In this document: positions 1 through 12,759 of the stretch, in pieces
Layout of the letters: every line of letters begins with the position of its first letter
Position numbering within the stretch: position 1 is the first letter of the stretch
Source of the DNA: Eledone cirrhosa
Lineage: Eukaryota
Reading direction: 5' to 3'
NCBI GenBank assembly: GCA_964016885.1
Contig: OZ024743.1
Span: forward strand, 354,268,001 to 354,332,000
DNA length: 64,000 nt
Program-made: the position numbers and the translations under genes
The notes under the pieces: generated by a model
Told to the model about the DNA's origin: nothing
Databases searched by the model: none
The model's input: only the letters and a program-made list of their open reading frames with translations

Positions 1-76
1 AAAGATGAAATGAGAAAGACAGAAGGATTGAAGCAGTAGAAAAGAAGTATGTGGATAGATAGCAATATAAAGGGAG

Positions 77-775
<699 letters not shown>

Positions 776-959
776 TTAAGTAGATACATGTTGAGATAAG
801 GAAAGGAAGAGATGGTGAAGAAGATTGTGTTAAGTGTATGTTATTTCTCGCATTCGTTCAGAAATCGCCGACCAAGTTTTCACTTGGAACGCTTTAGAAT
901 GTCCGGCAAGCGTTTGTTACATCAATAAAATTCAATCACTTCTCATATCATATCACATC

Positions 960-1730
960 AAACAACACCATACTTCACCCCATCCAACATCCACATAGTA
1001 CTGCAACCAGCACACTAGATCACCCCACACCACACAACACTACACCTCTAAATAACACTATAAGAGTCATACCACATTATAAACTATACAATACGGAGAC
1101 CTACAATCATCACACGACCCAACACCACACCACAGTACAGCACAGCAAATCACACCACACCATCCCACCCCACACCACATCACACCACAGCACAGCACGC
1201 CACATCACACCACACCCACTACACCACACTACACTACATCACACCATACCATACACCACTCTACATCCAGCACGCCCCACCACACAACTCGTAGCTCTAC
1301 AATCCCCACGTCACACCACACCAAACCAAACCAAAACAGCACATCACAGCAAACTACATCACATCACACCACACCACACAACAGCAAACTACATCACGTC
1401 ACACCACACCCACTGCATCACACCACACCACACTACATGACACCACACAACACCACACCACACACAACTCTACATCAACCACGTTCCACCACACCACACA
1501 ACTCTACTTCCACCATGCCACAACACACTGCAGCACAACGCCATCACACCACAACACACCACACCACAACACAGCAAACTACATCACACCACCTCACAAT
1601 ATAACACCCACACCGCATCCTACACCAATACACCACGTCATACCACATCATACCACACCGCACCATTCTGTACCACATATAGCACTATAATCACCACAAC
1701 CCACCACACACAGCACTATAATCACCTAAT
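960..1730. repeat. Degenerate (CACCA/CATCA)n low-complexity repeat
   Basis: Recurrent cacca/catca/cacaa pentamers over about 770 bp. Confidence 0.85.
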
Positions 1731-1795
1731 AAAAAAAGAGATGGTCACGACTGGAAAGCCTTTGATCAAAGGTTTACTCGATCATCGCTGATCTG

Positions 1796-1796
<1 letters not shown>

Positions 1797-1847
<51 letters not shown>

Positions 1848-1849
1848 GA

Positions 1850-1905
<56 letters not shown>

Positions 1906-1920
1906 ATAATAATAATAATG
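1797..1920. repeat. (CTA)n then (TAA)n microsatellite
   Basis: Directly visible. Confidence 0.95.
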
Positions 1921-2339
1921 ATTTAAACTATAGGCACAGGGCCAGCAATTTTGGGAGATGGCAAAGTCAATTAAATCGCCCCAAAGTTTTTCCCAAGGGA
2001 ACCCCTACCAACCAGAAAAGGTGACCGAACCACCTAACCTCCACAAGACCCCAAAATGGCCGTTTTAAGAGTATTTAACAGAGTTATGGGCCTGGAATTG
2101 TCTAAAGTGTCCCTCTTGTCATATATTTCCTAATTAGCGTTACTACGCCCTGGCTCACAGAACTGGGAATGCTTCGAGGAGATCGGAGAACAAGTCTGTC
2201 CTTGTAGAGCAGGTCATCCAAACCGGGTGACTTGCTTCTCGTGCAACCGACAAGAGCATCCTGAATCTCAGCTGACGTTATTAGCTTTTTGCAGCACCCA
2301 GCAGGGGTTGAGGAGAGTCCAGGGAGGTCGTCGAGGTAG

Positions 2340-2770
2340 GAAACTTATACGGTCGTGCCCTTGGCAGTGGAGACTTCTTGTGTCCTTGGTCCTAGGGCTA
2401 CCTCCCTATTCACCACCATAGGCACTGAGCTGGCCAGCCGCAGGTGTGAGCCTCGCGAGTTGGAATGGCTCTTCCAGCGCATCTCCCTTACCATCATCCG
2501 GAGAAACGTCTTCTCCATTCTGTCCGGGGCTGTGGGGAGGCCAGCACGTGGGACCCCATTTGCTCACCATACGGACTAAGACATATAACCTCTCTTTTTC
2601 TTTTATTTACTCTTTTACGATCTCATTTTTCGGATTCATTCACTGCTGCATATTTTCATATTTAACATTCCATTCTTTCTTCTCAATCTAGATTTTCCTT
2701 TTTTTCTTTTTCTATTAAACTGTATTTACATGACATATTTCTTATCTACTGACCTAATAAAAATCAATTA
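2340..2770 (+). mobile_element. 3' fragment of a CRE-like non-LTR retrotransposon (end of restriction-like endonuclease plus T-rich 3' UTR)
   Basis: Peptide VPLAVETSCVLGP...EPRELEWLFQRISLTIIRRNVFSILS resembles the PxAVETxG...FQRxSxxxxRGN terminus of CRE-type RLE elements. Confidence 0.6.
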
Positions 2771-2782
2771 TATATATATATA

Positions 2783-5050
2783 TGAACCAGATGACCGTAT
2801 GCGGATGATTCAATCCACACTGGCGCATTAGGGAAATCTAGTCGGTCCCAACCAGACAAGTGGAACTAGTTGATCAGGTATTTGAGGCTTTTGCCACCCC
2901 GGCTCCTATCAGCTACTCCCACACAACTCCAGCGTGCATCTAAGATGCCATTAACAGTAAAGAGTGAAACGTCTCCAGAAAGGCTTCGATGTGTCTAAAG
3001 AAATCCGGCTGTCCGGTCCCGATCGGGGCATAGAGGTTCACCAGTCTATAGGCACCATCTTTGCTCTTGCTCACGTTCAGGACCAACAACTTACCGTCTG
3101 GGTGCCAGAAGATTGACATTATTTCGAGATCCAGGCCTTTCCTAAACAGCACTGCCACCCCACCTCCTATTCCCGGCCGACTAAATGATGCGAAGATCTG
3201 ATAGTGGTCGATAATAGGTGCTAGTTCGCGTGTGTCGGAAATCCTGGTCTCGCTGATGGTAGTCACATCGATATCTAGTGTTCTGAGGTCTTTCAAGAAG
3301 CGACCCTGCTCCGAGGACGACCCCAGGCCACGGACATTCAAACATTCCACTCTTAAAACGTCCTTGCTGGGGGCTTGTGGTGGTTGAGTGGTTCGGCCAC
3401 CATTTCTGGTTGGTAGGATCTCCCTTGAGAACCCTTTAAGTAGCCTGCTCGAAGCGTTTATCCTGGAGGTCCCTACGTCGCAGAGGAACATCTCCCTAAT
3501 GTTCCTGTAAGTTTCTTTCGACATCTGCACTTTCAAAATTGTTGGGGGCACTTTCAAGGTGCAGGTGCCTAACACTCTCCCTCTTTCTAAATGTCTTGGC
3601 TTTGTGATGTGAGAGTAATTAGTTCTTTATTACTCTTTCGCAGCAACACGATGTTTCGTGTTTCTGTCTTTGTTGGTGGTTGCGTATGTTTTCGTTTGTT
3701 TATTTACGGTTGTGTCGGTGTTGGTGTTGGTGGTAATGTTCTTGTTGGTGGTTGTGGTGTTGGTGTTGAAGGTGTGTCTATGTTTGCTGTGCTTTCCTTT
3801 AGTGTACTTGTTGGTGTGTGTGAATGTATTTTTCTGTTTGTATTTCTTTTCTCTTTTCTTTTTATTTTTGCGATTCCCTCTCATGTTCACTTGTGGATGA
3901 GGAGGAACTAGTGTCTGGGAACTCTGTGTCAGAGGGGAGTGGGAGTGTGTTTACCGGTGTGTGAGTTTTGGTCTGTGTGTGTGTGTGTTTGAAAAATGGG
4001 AATAGGGAGAGTTTGTTTAGGCGACTCACTGAGTGGTTTTACTTATCTTGTTGGTTTTGCTGCTGCTGCAGGTGCTGGTGATGTTGTCTCTTTTACAACT
4101 GCCACTGCTGGTGCTGGTGTTATTATTTGTCTCCACCTAGGCGTCGGCAGCAGTGGAGGATTCCGACTCCTTACATTTCTGAGCTGAGGGCAGAAGGCTC
4201 GCAAATATATTGTTTCTCTGCAGACGAAACAGTGTCCCTTTTTGTCCTTCTTCATTGCTTGCAGTGCCGTCTTTGGAGACAGACGTGGTCCGGGATTTAT
4301 TAAGGTCCTGAGGCCTGATTTGTAGATACTTTTCCAAATCAATCCCGAACCCGTCCTCCCTGGCTGTTCTAGACGCAGTGATCAGGATGGTATATATCCT
4401 CTCCACAATCACGCATCCCAGGAGTCACCACAAATTCAGTTCTCGTGGAATCATGGCAGGCTCTCACAGTTTTTCTTCCCATGTGGGAGGTGTACATTGT
4501 GACATTGCTGGCTTTGCAAGGGATAACCAAATGTTCCATAGCTAAGGCTTCCGTTTTAAACAGCGAGATAATGCTGTATTGTCTGTCCCTCATTATGTAC
4601 TCTGTGTCTTCCCTGATGCATTTCAGCGCAGTTTCAACTTCGGCTTGGGGAGTGACCTCCAGTTTGTGAGTCTGGGCTGAAATGTAACTAAAAATTACTG
4701 TCCTCCTCTCCATCGGTTATGTAGCCTCTACCGGGACGGTCAAGCTGGCCCACATTTGCTCTTGATTAATAAGTTTTCATGTCTGGGCCAACTTAGCCCA
4801 ATTTTTTGCTGCTGCAGCAGCGGAAGAGATTTTGTTGTTGCCGTAGTTGCAGTTGGTTTGGGTGGTGTTGTTTTTGATGTTGTTGGTGTTGTTCTCACTT
4901 TTGTTTTCCTTGTTCAGTCATGACGCCCACCATCACAAAGATCCTTGCACCGATTCCTATGTAATGTCGGCGATTCAAGACTTTACAACAATTGAAATGA
5001 AATCGAGAAACAGCTGAGAGGCGCGAAACATAGAGGGAGATACTTGTCTG
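2783..5050 (-). mobile_element. 5' half of a decayed L1/Tx1-like LINE (ORF1 plus APE endonuclease of ORF2)
   Basis: ORF1 fragments 4713-4043 with degenerate knuckle CFVCRETIYLRAFC; 3575-2940 has APE motifs LNVRGL, SET, GGGVAVLF and VNLYAP; several frameshifts. Confidence 0.8.
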
Positions 5051-5374
5051 TCAAAATGAACGGCTCTTAAATGTGACAATGTAACTCAGTGTATGCTGTT
5101 TCTTATGGCTAACGTGGTAATGGGCTGATATTTATAGAGGCCGGTAGTAGAGCTAGTGATATTAGTAGTACTGGTATGATCTGTGAGTTATATAAGTAAT
5201 ATTGGCGCTGATCATGGCGTCCGGGGAACACAAGTATAAAGTTGAGTGTATATGTTTGTAGTTTGTATGAGGGAATTAAAGTGAGAAAAAGTGGGAGTCA
5301 GAGAGCTAGAGTGTGTGTGTATATGTGTGTATATGTGAGAGAGAGAGGGGGGGGGGAGAGAAAGAGAGATAGAG

Positions 5375-5500
<126 letters not shown>

Positions 5501-5970
5501 TCAAATTGTATTTATGCGCGTACATACGTGTAATATTGTCCCGAAAATTGTAATACCACTACAGCATGTGTGATATCAATTCGTGTCTCTTTAGTGTCAA
5601 TTTTAATTTAGACGATAATGTCGAACATGACTATACTAACATTAACAAACTTAAGGACAACTACAACTATGACTGACATCACTAAAATATCAGATATATA
5701 TCATATTGAAAAACATAACCTTACAAATTTCACAATAGACAAAACTAGAATGTATTATATACAACACTTTTAAAACATTCAACGTTTATATTGTCATGTA
5801 AACAGAATGTTGCAGAGTACTTCTGGAGCATTTAAATGATACCACATTAAGTAAACACAAAGGTCAACAACATTGGTGTAAACATGTATGTATGTTCTTC
5901 TGGTTTTATAATTTCACAAAGTTTGTAATGTATGTATGTATGTATGTATGTATGTATATATGTATGTATG

Positions 5971-8900
5971 TTTTCTCTTTCTCTTAATTTCGAGTATATT
6001 TTTTTGACCGGCCACCTTCCTGGTGGCAAGGTTGTAAAAGAAAAGAAATTGTCATCCCTTGAATCGCAAGAATGTTTTGCATATTTTGAAGGTGCCAGCT
6101 ATCCCAGCCATTTGTAGACTATGAATTAGGGAGCTGCGCTTTTTGTCCGCAAATCCAAGTTCGGTCATACTTTGGTCCAAGCGGGTTGGTATATAACCCG
6201 TAGCACCAATAATGATGGGTATGAAGCTAAAGGTGTATCTTGGATACTGGATTTGTAAGCTCCTCATCAATGGTCCGTAGATGTCCTCCTTCTCCTGTAT
6301 TTTTCTGACAACGTTTACACCAAGTGGGCAGCTGATCTCCACAACAGAACACGTTTTCAATGTGTGGTCCCAAACTACAATATCAGGCCGGTTGTGCTTT
6401 AATTTGGTGGCAGTTTTTATTTTCAGGTTCCACCAGTATTCCTTAGTGCCATCTGTCTCAATATATTCTTCCTCGTTTGTTGTTAATTTTGTTTTCCGAA
6501 GTGCGTTCCAGATAGTTCTAGCTATCCCATCGTGTCTCATGGGGAGGTAGTAGCGAGATGACATTCTTTCGCAGCTGGCAACAATGTGGCTTACATCCTC
6601 GATCTTTGTTTTACATAGCCTACATTTATTGTCAGCTGCTGGCCCTCCTCTTTTGTGCAGCAGATATTTGGTAGGGAGTTCTTGTTCCTGTATTGCATAG
6701 AGATATCCCTCAAGGTGTGATGTCATAAACTTGTCGGAACTCCATGCCAGGCTTTTTGAGTGGTTTATCCCCTCTATGGTCTGTGTTTTACGCCTCAAGT
6801 ATCCATGCACAACTTTCTCTGTAAATTGGTCAATTTTTTTTTCTTGTTTGAACATTGAATAGGATCTTCCGATTTCTCTGGGTGAGAGATTTATATCAGG
6901 CTTTATTCCATATCTCTCCTCCAGATCAGTCGCTATTCTAATGATATTTCTTTTTTCATGCTCATAAACCTGAGCAAGATGGTCGCCAACCTTTTTCCTC
7001 TGTTGAAGGTGTTGCTTCAGTGTTACTATCCGGGTCTCATATGTTGTTAATATTGATTTTAGACCCCGGCCACCTTCCTTGCGTGAGAAGTATAGCCTAT
7101 CCACATCACCATTGATGTTAAAGTTCCCAGTAACACTGAGAAGTTTTCGAGTTCTAACATCTATCTCACTTAGTTCTTGCAATGACCAGTTCAGTAGGCC
7201 AAATGTTGGCGTTAGAATTGGCACAGCATAGGTATTGTGGGCAATGTATTTGTTGTATGCTGACAGTTCAGATGACCATATTTTTTTTACTCTTCTGAGG
7301 TATTCAGTTCTGGTTCTCTCCTTATTTATGGGTCCATCATATCTGACATTCTCATCCTGTCCAAGATATCTGTAGTTGTCACCTGACTGCAGAGGTTGTA
7401 TTGTCAGGCCGTTCATCTCTAGATTTCTAGAGGAGGGCACAGCTCTTCCACGTTTTACTGCCAAATATGCACACTTGGACTCACCAAATTTCATTTTGAT
7501 GTCGGTTGAAAATTGTGTAATGAGGTCCAATTGTTTCTTGATGTCATTGATATTTGGCCCATACAACTTCAGGTCATCAACAAAGAAAAGATGGGAGATA
7601 CTTCTGGGCCCACTTCTTTGTCCACCTTGTTTCCTGAGTAGGTAAGATAGTGGATTCAGTGAGAGAACGAAGAGTAGTACTGACAAGCTATCACCCTGAA
7701 AGATGCCCTTCTGGTAATGTATCCTATCAGTCTTAACCTGCTCCTTCTCACCTCTAAGGATCAAATTGGTGTACCAGTTCTTGGTCAGGCGTTCAACAGC
7801 AGCTACTAATGGTTGTGGGACTTTAGCTAACTGTAAAGCCTTAATAATCCACCCATGAGGTACACTATCAAATGCTTTTTGATAGTCCAGCCACACGACA
7901 GTCATGTTTCTGCGATTCTTTGTTGTTTTTTCCTGAATCATTTTGTTAGTTAGTAGGTGATCTATGCAACCCCACACCTCCCTCTTTCCACCAGCTTGCT
8001 CAGGTGTTATGATGTTGTTGGTAGCACAGTGATCCTGTAAGAACAGGTTAAGGCACCCAGTATATAATTTATACATGATGTTTTGGCAGGCAATTGGGCG
8101 GTAATTTTTAGCAAGGGTGATTTGGCTATTTTTGGGAATGAGGAGAGTAGTGGCAGTTGATAACCATCTGGGCAGTTCTTGTGTGCCCTTAATGGTTTCT
8201 GTAAACAGCCGTATGAGATCTTGCCGATAGAAAGTGAAATTCTTCAACCAGTATCCTGTAATGAGGTCTGGGCCTGGCGATTTCCTATTCGACATTTTCT
8301 GTAGAGCTGTTTCCAGTATTGACCCATCTATGTCATATTGTTTTGTCTGGACATGTTGGCAGTAGTCCTGTTCCAGTTCTTTTAGCCAATTAGCTTGTCT
8401 GTTGAATCCGTCATCCGTTTCCCATACAGATCTCCAGTAGTTCTCAACCTGTTCTTTTGAAGGGGTGTCGTTTACAGGGATTGAGCTTTTGCCACCGAAG
8501 CTGCGATAAACTGATTTAGGATCTCTGGCAAACAATCTATTTAGCACTTGTCGTTTATGGGCTGTTGACTTATATTTTAGTCTTTCTGTTGTAGCTGTGA
8601 GTTGTTGTTTCAACTGGTGTAATTTGGAGTTCAAAGTTTTAAATTTGGTATCTCCAAATCGTCTCTCTAACTTTTTCTTCAGGTCTTCCTGGTGTCGTGT
8701 GAAGTTTCTCTCTATGTTGCATTTCATAACGACTGCGATGTGTGAGATACTTCGTCTCAGGGACAAAATTTTGGTTTTTAAATTTCGCATCCACGCTGGT
8801 TCAGGCTTTCTGTTTGTATCTTGATTGCGTGGTTTTAGATGTGTGTTATATGATAGCAATGTGACAGCTGAAACATATAACAAAACATTGAGCGTTTCAA

Positions 8901-10191
8901 ATGTCGTTTCTACACCTTTAGATCGTATAGCCTTCAGATAATTGCCAGCTATTTCGTTCACCGCTTCCAATTCCAATTTAGTGGGTTCTTTACTGACTCT
9001 AGTGTTGTATGGTCTGTCACTCACATTAAGGCTGTGTATCTCTTGAAACATATCGTTCCATATCACTTGTAGGGTGCCCACAAGTTTTTGGTGCTCTGTT
9101 TGTTCAGTAGAGTCATGAATTGCAGCCTCGTTGTTGATGTGGTGACAATTACTACTAGAGTCAGCTGACCTTTCTCGCTGTTCTTCAGTGGAAGTGGGAT
9201 GGATTTCAGCAAAATTGTTGGTGAGCTGTTCACTGTTAGATTTAGCTGGCCATTCTCTTTGTCTGTCAGTGGAGGTGGGGTGGTTGTCTACAAGGGCTGT
9301 ATTTGTAGTATCACTCGATTCCGTTAGATGTATCAATTTACATCTAATGATACGTTTTACCTGTTCATTTAGATGCTTTGGAGAAAAGTCTAATTCTGGG
9401 TGTTTGGAGTTCCATAAAGTTTTTAGCCTTTGCATAAAACCGAACTTTTGGGGTTCAGATTGTTTGTATGCTTCATATAATTCTTTGTTAAGCTCGTAGC
9501 TCCACTGTATACAACGGTTGTAATTGCGATTTGGTCGAAGGAGACTTGTACTTTTTGCCATGATGAGTTCGTCTATTCACTAATATTTCGTATTTTTTTT
9601 TTTTAAATTGTCGATGATCTTCTTTAAAAGTTACGACAAAGTTCTGTCAGAATCAAATTTAAAGTTATTCACAGCTTGCGTAATATTTCTTTTCAGTTAG
9701 TTTTAAATTCTACAACTGTGTTTTAAACGTTGTTCTTGAATCGTTTGAATCGAGAACAAAAAGAACCGTTACTTAGTATATTCCTTTACGAATGTAATAT
9801 AATATAACAACGCTGTATTTATATGTTAAAGTTTATGTATCATTCATATAAATAGGTGTTCTACAACATATTCACAACATTCACAGTTCAAACACTTATA
9901 TTTTTGTTTCTGAATCGAAAACGTTACTTTTATATTTCTTTATAAATGTAATATAACAACGTTGGATTTATATGTTAAAGTGTATGTATCGTTCATATAT
10001 CATAAGTGTATGTATCGTTCATATAAATAGGTGTTTTACAACACACTTACAGTTCAAACAGTTATGTAGAATTATTGTATGTAATCTTACCGCGTAATGT
10101 AGCTCAACTTTTTCCAATATATGGTATGTTGCCTTCATGTAAGCCGTAATTACACACGTCCGATTATCGGACACTGACCACAACGGTCGCC

Positions 10192-10192
<1 letters not shown>
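5971..10192 (-). mobile_element. Full-length R4/Dong-like non-LTR retrotransposon (family A) embedded in (TACA)n
   Basis: Single intact ORF, about 630 bp 5' UTR, about 80 bp 3' UTR with a GCCACC-aggaa-GGTGGC hairpin; (TATG)n on both flanks. Confidence 0.9.
6052..9561 (-). CDS. Reverse transcriptase plus CCHC zinc knuckle plus restriction-like endonuclease (1169 aa, R4 clade)
   Basis: RT motifs KSPGPD, NYRPIAC, LDYQKAFDSVPH, GIFQGDSLS, FVDDLKL; CRLC...HIVASC; RHD; RPDIVVWD...EISCP...K. Confidence 0.95.
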   Translation of the reverse strand: MAKSTSLLRPNRNYNRCIQWSYELNKELYEAYKQSEPQKFGFMQRLKTLWNSKHPELDFSPKHLNEQVKRIIRCKLIHLTESSDTTNTALVDNHPTSTDRQREWPAKSNSEQLTNNFAEIHPTSTEEQRERSADSSSNCHHINNEAAIHDSTEQTEHQKLVGTLQVIWNDMFQEIHSLNVSDRPYNTRVSKEPTKLELEAVNEIAGNYLKAIRSKGVETTFETLNVLLYVSAVTLLSYNTHLKPRNQDTNRKPEPAWMRNLKTKILSLRRSISHIAVVMKCNIERNFTRHQEDLKKKLERRFGDTKFKTLNSKLHQLKQQLTATTERLKYKSTAHKRQVLNRLFARDPKSVYRSFGGKSSIPVNDTPSKEQVENYWRSVWETDDGFNRQANWLKELEQDYCQHVQTKQYDIDGSILETALQKMSNRKSPGPDLITGYWLKNFTFYRQDLIRLFTETIKGTQELPRWLSTATTLLIPKNSQITLAKNYRPIACQNIMYKLYTGCLNLFLQDHCATNNIITPEQAGGKREVWGCIDHLLTNKMIQEKTTKNRRNMTVVWLDYQKAFDSVPHGWIIKALQLAKVPQPLVAAVERLTKNWYTNLILRGEKEQVKTDRIHYQKGIFQGDSLSVLLFVLSLNPLSYLLRKQGGQRSGPRSISHLFFVDDLKLYGPNINDIKKQLDLITQFSTDIKMKFGESKCAYLAVKRGRAVPSSRNLEMNGLTIQPLQSGDNYRYLGQDENVRYDGPINKERTRTEYLRRVKKIWSSELSAYNKYIAHNTYAVPILTPTFGLLNWSLQELSEIDVRTRKLLSVTGNFNINGDVDRLYFSRKEGGRGLKSILTTYETRIVTLKQHLQQRKKVGDHLAQVYEHEKRNIIRIATDLEERYGIKPDINLSPREIGRSYSMFKQEKKIDQFTEKVVHGYLRRKTQTIEGINHSKSLAWSSDKFMTSHLEGYLYAIQEQELPTKYLLHKRGGPAADNKCRLCKTKIEDVSHIVASCERMSSRYYLPMRHDGIARTIWNALRKTKLTTNEEEYIETDGTKEYWWNLKIKTATKLKHNRPDIVVWDHTLKTCSVVEISCPLGVNVVRKIQEKEDIYGPLMRSLQIQYPRYTFSFIPIIIGATGYIPTRLDQSMTELGFADKKRSSLIHSLQMAGIAGTFKICKTFLRFKG

Positions 10193-10222
<30 letters not shown>

Positions 10223-10264
10223 TGTATGTATGTATGTATGTTTGTATGTATTTATCTATGTATG

Positions 10265-10301
<37 letters not shown>

Positions 10302-10328
10302 ATGTTCATACATAAATACATACATACA

Positions 10329-10475
10329 TCGATTCCTGGACCGGGTGATGCGTTATGTCCTTGAGCAAGACACTTTATTTCACGTTGCTCCTTCTACCTG
10401 GAGTTGCGAGCGAAGAACGACCAACGGAAACATTGTTTCCTCGGTCCGATTTGACGAAAGCCGATCGAAAAGGAA
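10329..10475 (+). mobile_element. Fragment of second tRNA-SINE family (related to 15262-15408 and 28380-28525)
   Basis: Starts at B-box remnant cgattcc; shares gtccttgagcaagacactttatttcacgttg with 28380-28430. Confidence 0.6.
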
Positions 10476-10512
10476 TATATATATATATATATATATAATT
10501 TCTATACTTTTC

Positions 10513-10552
<40 letters not shown>

Positions 10553-10556
<4 letters not shown>

Positions 10557-10740
10557 GTTTCTATTTTAGGCACAAGGCCAGCAATTACCCAGTGCATTAC
10601 TGGTACTTTATTTTATCGACCCCGTAAGGATGAAAGGCAAAGTCAACCTCGGCGGGATTTGAACTCAGATCGTAAAGGGACGTAACTATGCTGGAAAGCA
10701 TGGCGTCCGACTCTCTACCGATACTGCCAATCCACCGCCC
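10553..10740 (-). mobile_element. tRNA-derived SINE (family 1, about 190 bp), full length
   Basis: Minus strand: A-box TGGCAGTATCGG, B-box GAGTTCAAATCC, central gcctttcatccttacggggtcgataaaataaagtaccag, ATT tail; more than 12 copies in the window. Confidence 0.9.
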
Positions 10741-10775
10741 TCTTATATATATATATATATATTATATATATATAT

Positions 10776-10807
<32 letters not shown>

Positions 10808-10844
10808 AACAAATAGTTTTATCGCTCTACATGGCTGAATACCA

Positions 10845-11045
10845 TAAATGTAATCTGAATTTTTCGAATATTAATAATAATATTCGATTCTTTTGCAATT
10901 ATGCAAACAGCCTCTTTAAGATATGTCAGTAGAATGACTCCGCCATTCTTGCTCTAGTGTTGGCATATAAACAAAATGGCAGACACTTGCATAATTGCAA
11001 AAGAATCGAATATTATTAATATTCCAAAATCTCAGATTACATGTA

Positions 11046-11047
<2 letters not shown>
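10845..11047. repeat. Inverted repeat (about 60 bp arms) between (TA)n tracts
   Basis: 10845-10906 is the imperfect reverse complement of 10987-11047. Confidence 0.8.
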
Positions 11048-11124
<77 letters not shown>

Positions 11125-11128
<4 letters not shown>

Positions 11129-12170
11129 TATAAAGATGACGGCCGTATGTAGGTAAAAAACTTTCCCCCCAAACGGCTGGACCAAACAGCACCAAATTTG
11201 CACCATAGATGTAACTTTTTCCAAGTAAAAGAGTAAGGGTATTTTCGTCTATTTTCGTCTACTGATTTTGTTAAAAGATTAAAGATATTATTTAAATATT
11301 CACTTCTTTAAAATTTAAAATGTCAACGCTTCCGGTTTACGTCATTGCTAACTTTTTCTTATGACGTCGCACAACATTCCTCTCTTTTTCTTAGTCTGTC
11401 TTTTTAGATAGATACATATGTCTGGCTGTCTGCATTAGATAACGTTTTTCGAAATATTTACTTATGCGTTAAGGGCGAAAGCAGCGATTCTTTGCTTAAA
11501 TTTAATCTGTTATCTTAATATATATATTCGTGTACAGATATTTTTGCATGCACAAAAACAAAAACCTATTTATTTCACGAAAGCGCAGACGGCTTAACGT
11601 CATTGTTACTGTTCGAGGTTAGAGTACCACAGTCTTTTCAAGATCTGAGGACCATTAATGGCCATCAATGTTCCACTTATCGTTTGGCTTGCCAGATGCG
11701 TAGTATGTTACACGATGGCAGCCATTGGCACCTCACCCTGCAAGAAGCAGCAACTGCTGAAGTCCCTTCTCAACTGCGAACACTTTTATGCTGCACAACT
11801 GCGATTTCGCCGACCCTCTCGCACTGTGGAACAACCACCGGGAAAGTCTAGCTGAGGACATCCTCCACCGCACACGCAGACACAATCCAAACGTAACATA
11901 AGATGTCGTTTTCAATGAGTCGCTCATATGTCTTGAAACCAGTGTCCTGGAGATTGGTGGTAGGCCTCTACGTCACTACAGCTTATCTGCTCCTGACAGG
12001 AGTGTCCAGAGGTCAACGTCTACAGAGCTTCTCCGTGAGACGAGCTACGAAATCAGTGATTCTCCCATGGGTTAGCTCACCAAACAATCTCTTCATCTTT
12101 GCTCCGGAGGGCCGAACAAAAAATATTGTATACTCTGAGATTCTAACAATGTAATTTAAACATTTTCTGT
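11125..12170 (+). mobile_element. Internally deleted Helitron with Rep/helicase remnants
   Basis: LLFEVRVPQSFQDLRTING...YRLACQ...HWHLTLQEA and VSSPNNLFIFAPEGRTKNIVYSEIL resemble the Helitron RepHel linker and C-terminus; 11400-11580 is shared with the elements at 41577-42660. Confidence 0.8.
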
Positions 12171-12187
12171 TAGTTGGAATTTCCATT

Positions 12188-12519
12188 ACGGCCTTCCATT
12201 GAAAAGATAAACTCTCATCAGAAGGTTCTTTTCACTCGGAGAATATAAAATTCCCGAGTTCAAATTACGAACTGGCGCTATTCAAAATTGTTCCCGAGAT
12301 GAGAATGAATGCTGCTATTTATAGCGGTAGTAGACTGACCTCCCTGCCTCTGCTTCTATCTTTACACACAGCACTGGACAGAATTGCTTCCACATCATTC
12401 ATTCTCATCTCGGGAACAATTTTGAATAGAGCCAGTTCGTAATTTGAACTCGGGAATTTTATATTCTCCGAGTGAAAAAGAACCTTCTGACGAGAGTTTA
12501 TCTTTTCAATGGAAGGCCG
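12188..12519. repeat. Inverted duplication (about 124 bp arms), probable PLE pseudo-LTR remnant
   Basis: 12188-12311 is the near-identical reverse complement of 12395-12519; the right arm runs into a hammerhead. Confidence 0.9.
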
Positions 12520-12568
12520 CAAGGACTGTCCATTCATTTTTGAGACTCGAACCCGATTCGGTAAAGGT
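12482..12568 (+). ncRNA. Type-I hammerhead ribozyme, extended stem II, core variant GAAC
   Basis: ACCUU CUGACGA GAGUUU...AGACUC GAAC CCGA-U-UCGG UA AAGGU: stems I, II and III all pair; A15.1 is replaced by C. Confidence 0.75.
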
Positions 12569-12759
12569 AACCATAGTGAGTACAGTGAATTTTTTGAAAT
12601 TTATTTTGAAACTTTTTCTTATTTGCTAAACCTTGATTATATATGTTCTGTCTCGTTAATTTATTAACCTGCCATTGAACCACATTGGCATATGGTTGGA
12701 CAATACATGTGTCCCTGGACGCTTTTTGCGTGTAGATATATATATTTATTATTCCCGCA

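Noticed and set aside
10430-10476. Hammerhead-like 3' half (gtc...gac GAAA gccga TC)
   Set aside because: No CUGANGA upstream; incomplete.
10845-11047. Possible hammerhead in the inverted repeat
   Set aside because: A hairpin plus GAAA is present but the 5' core is absent.
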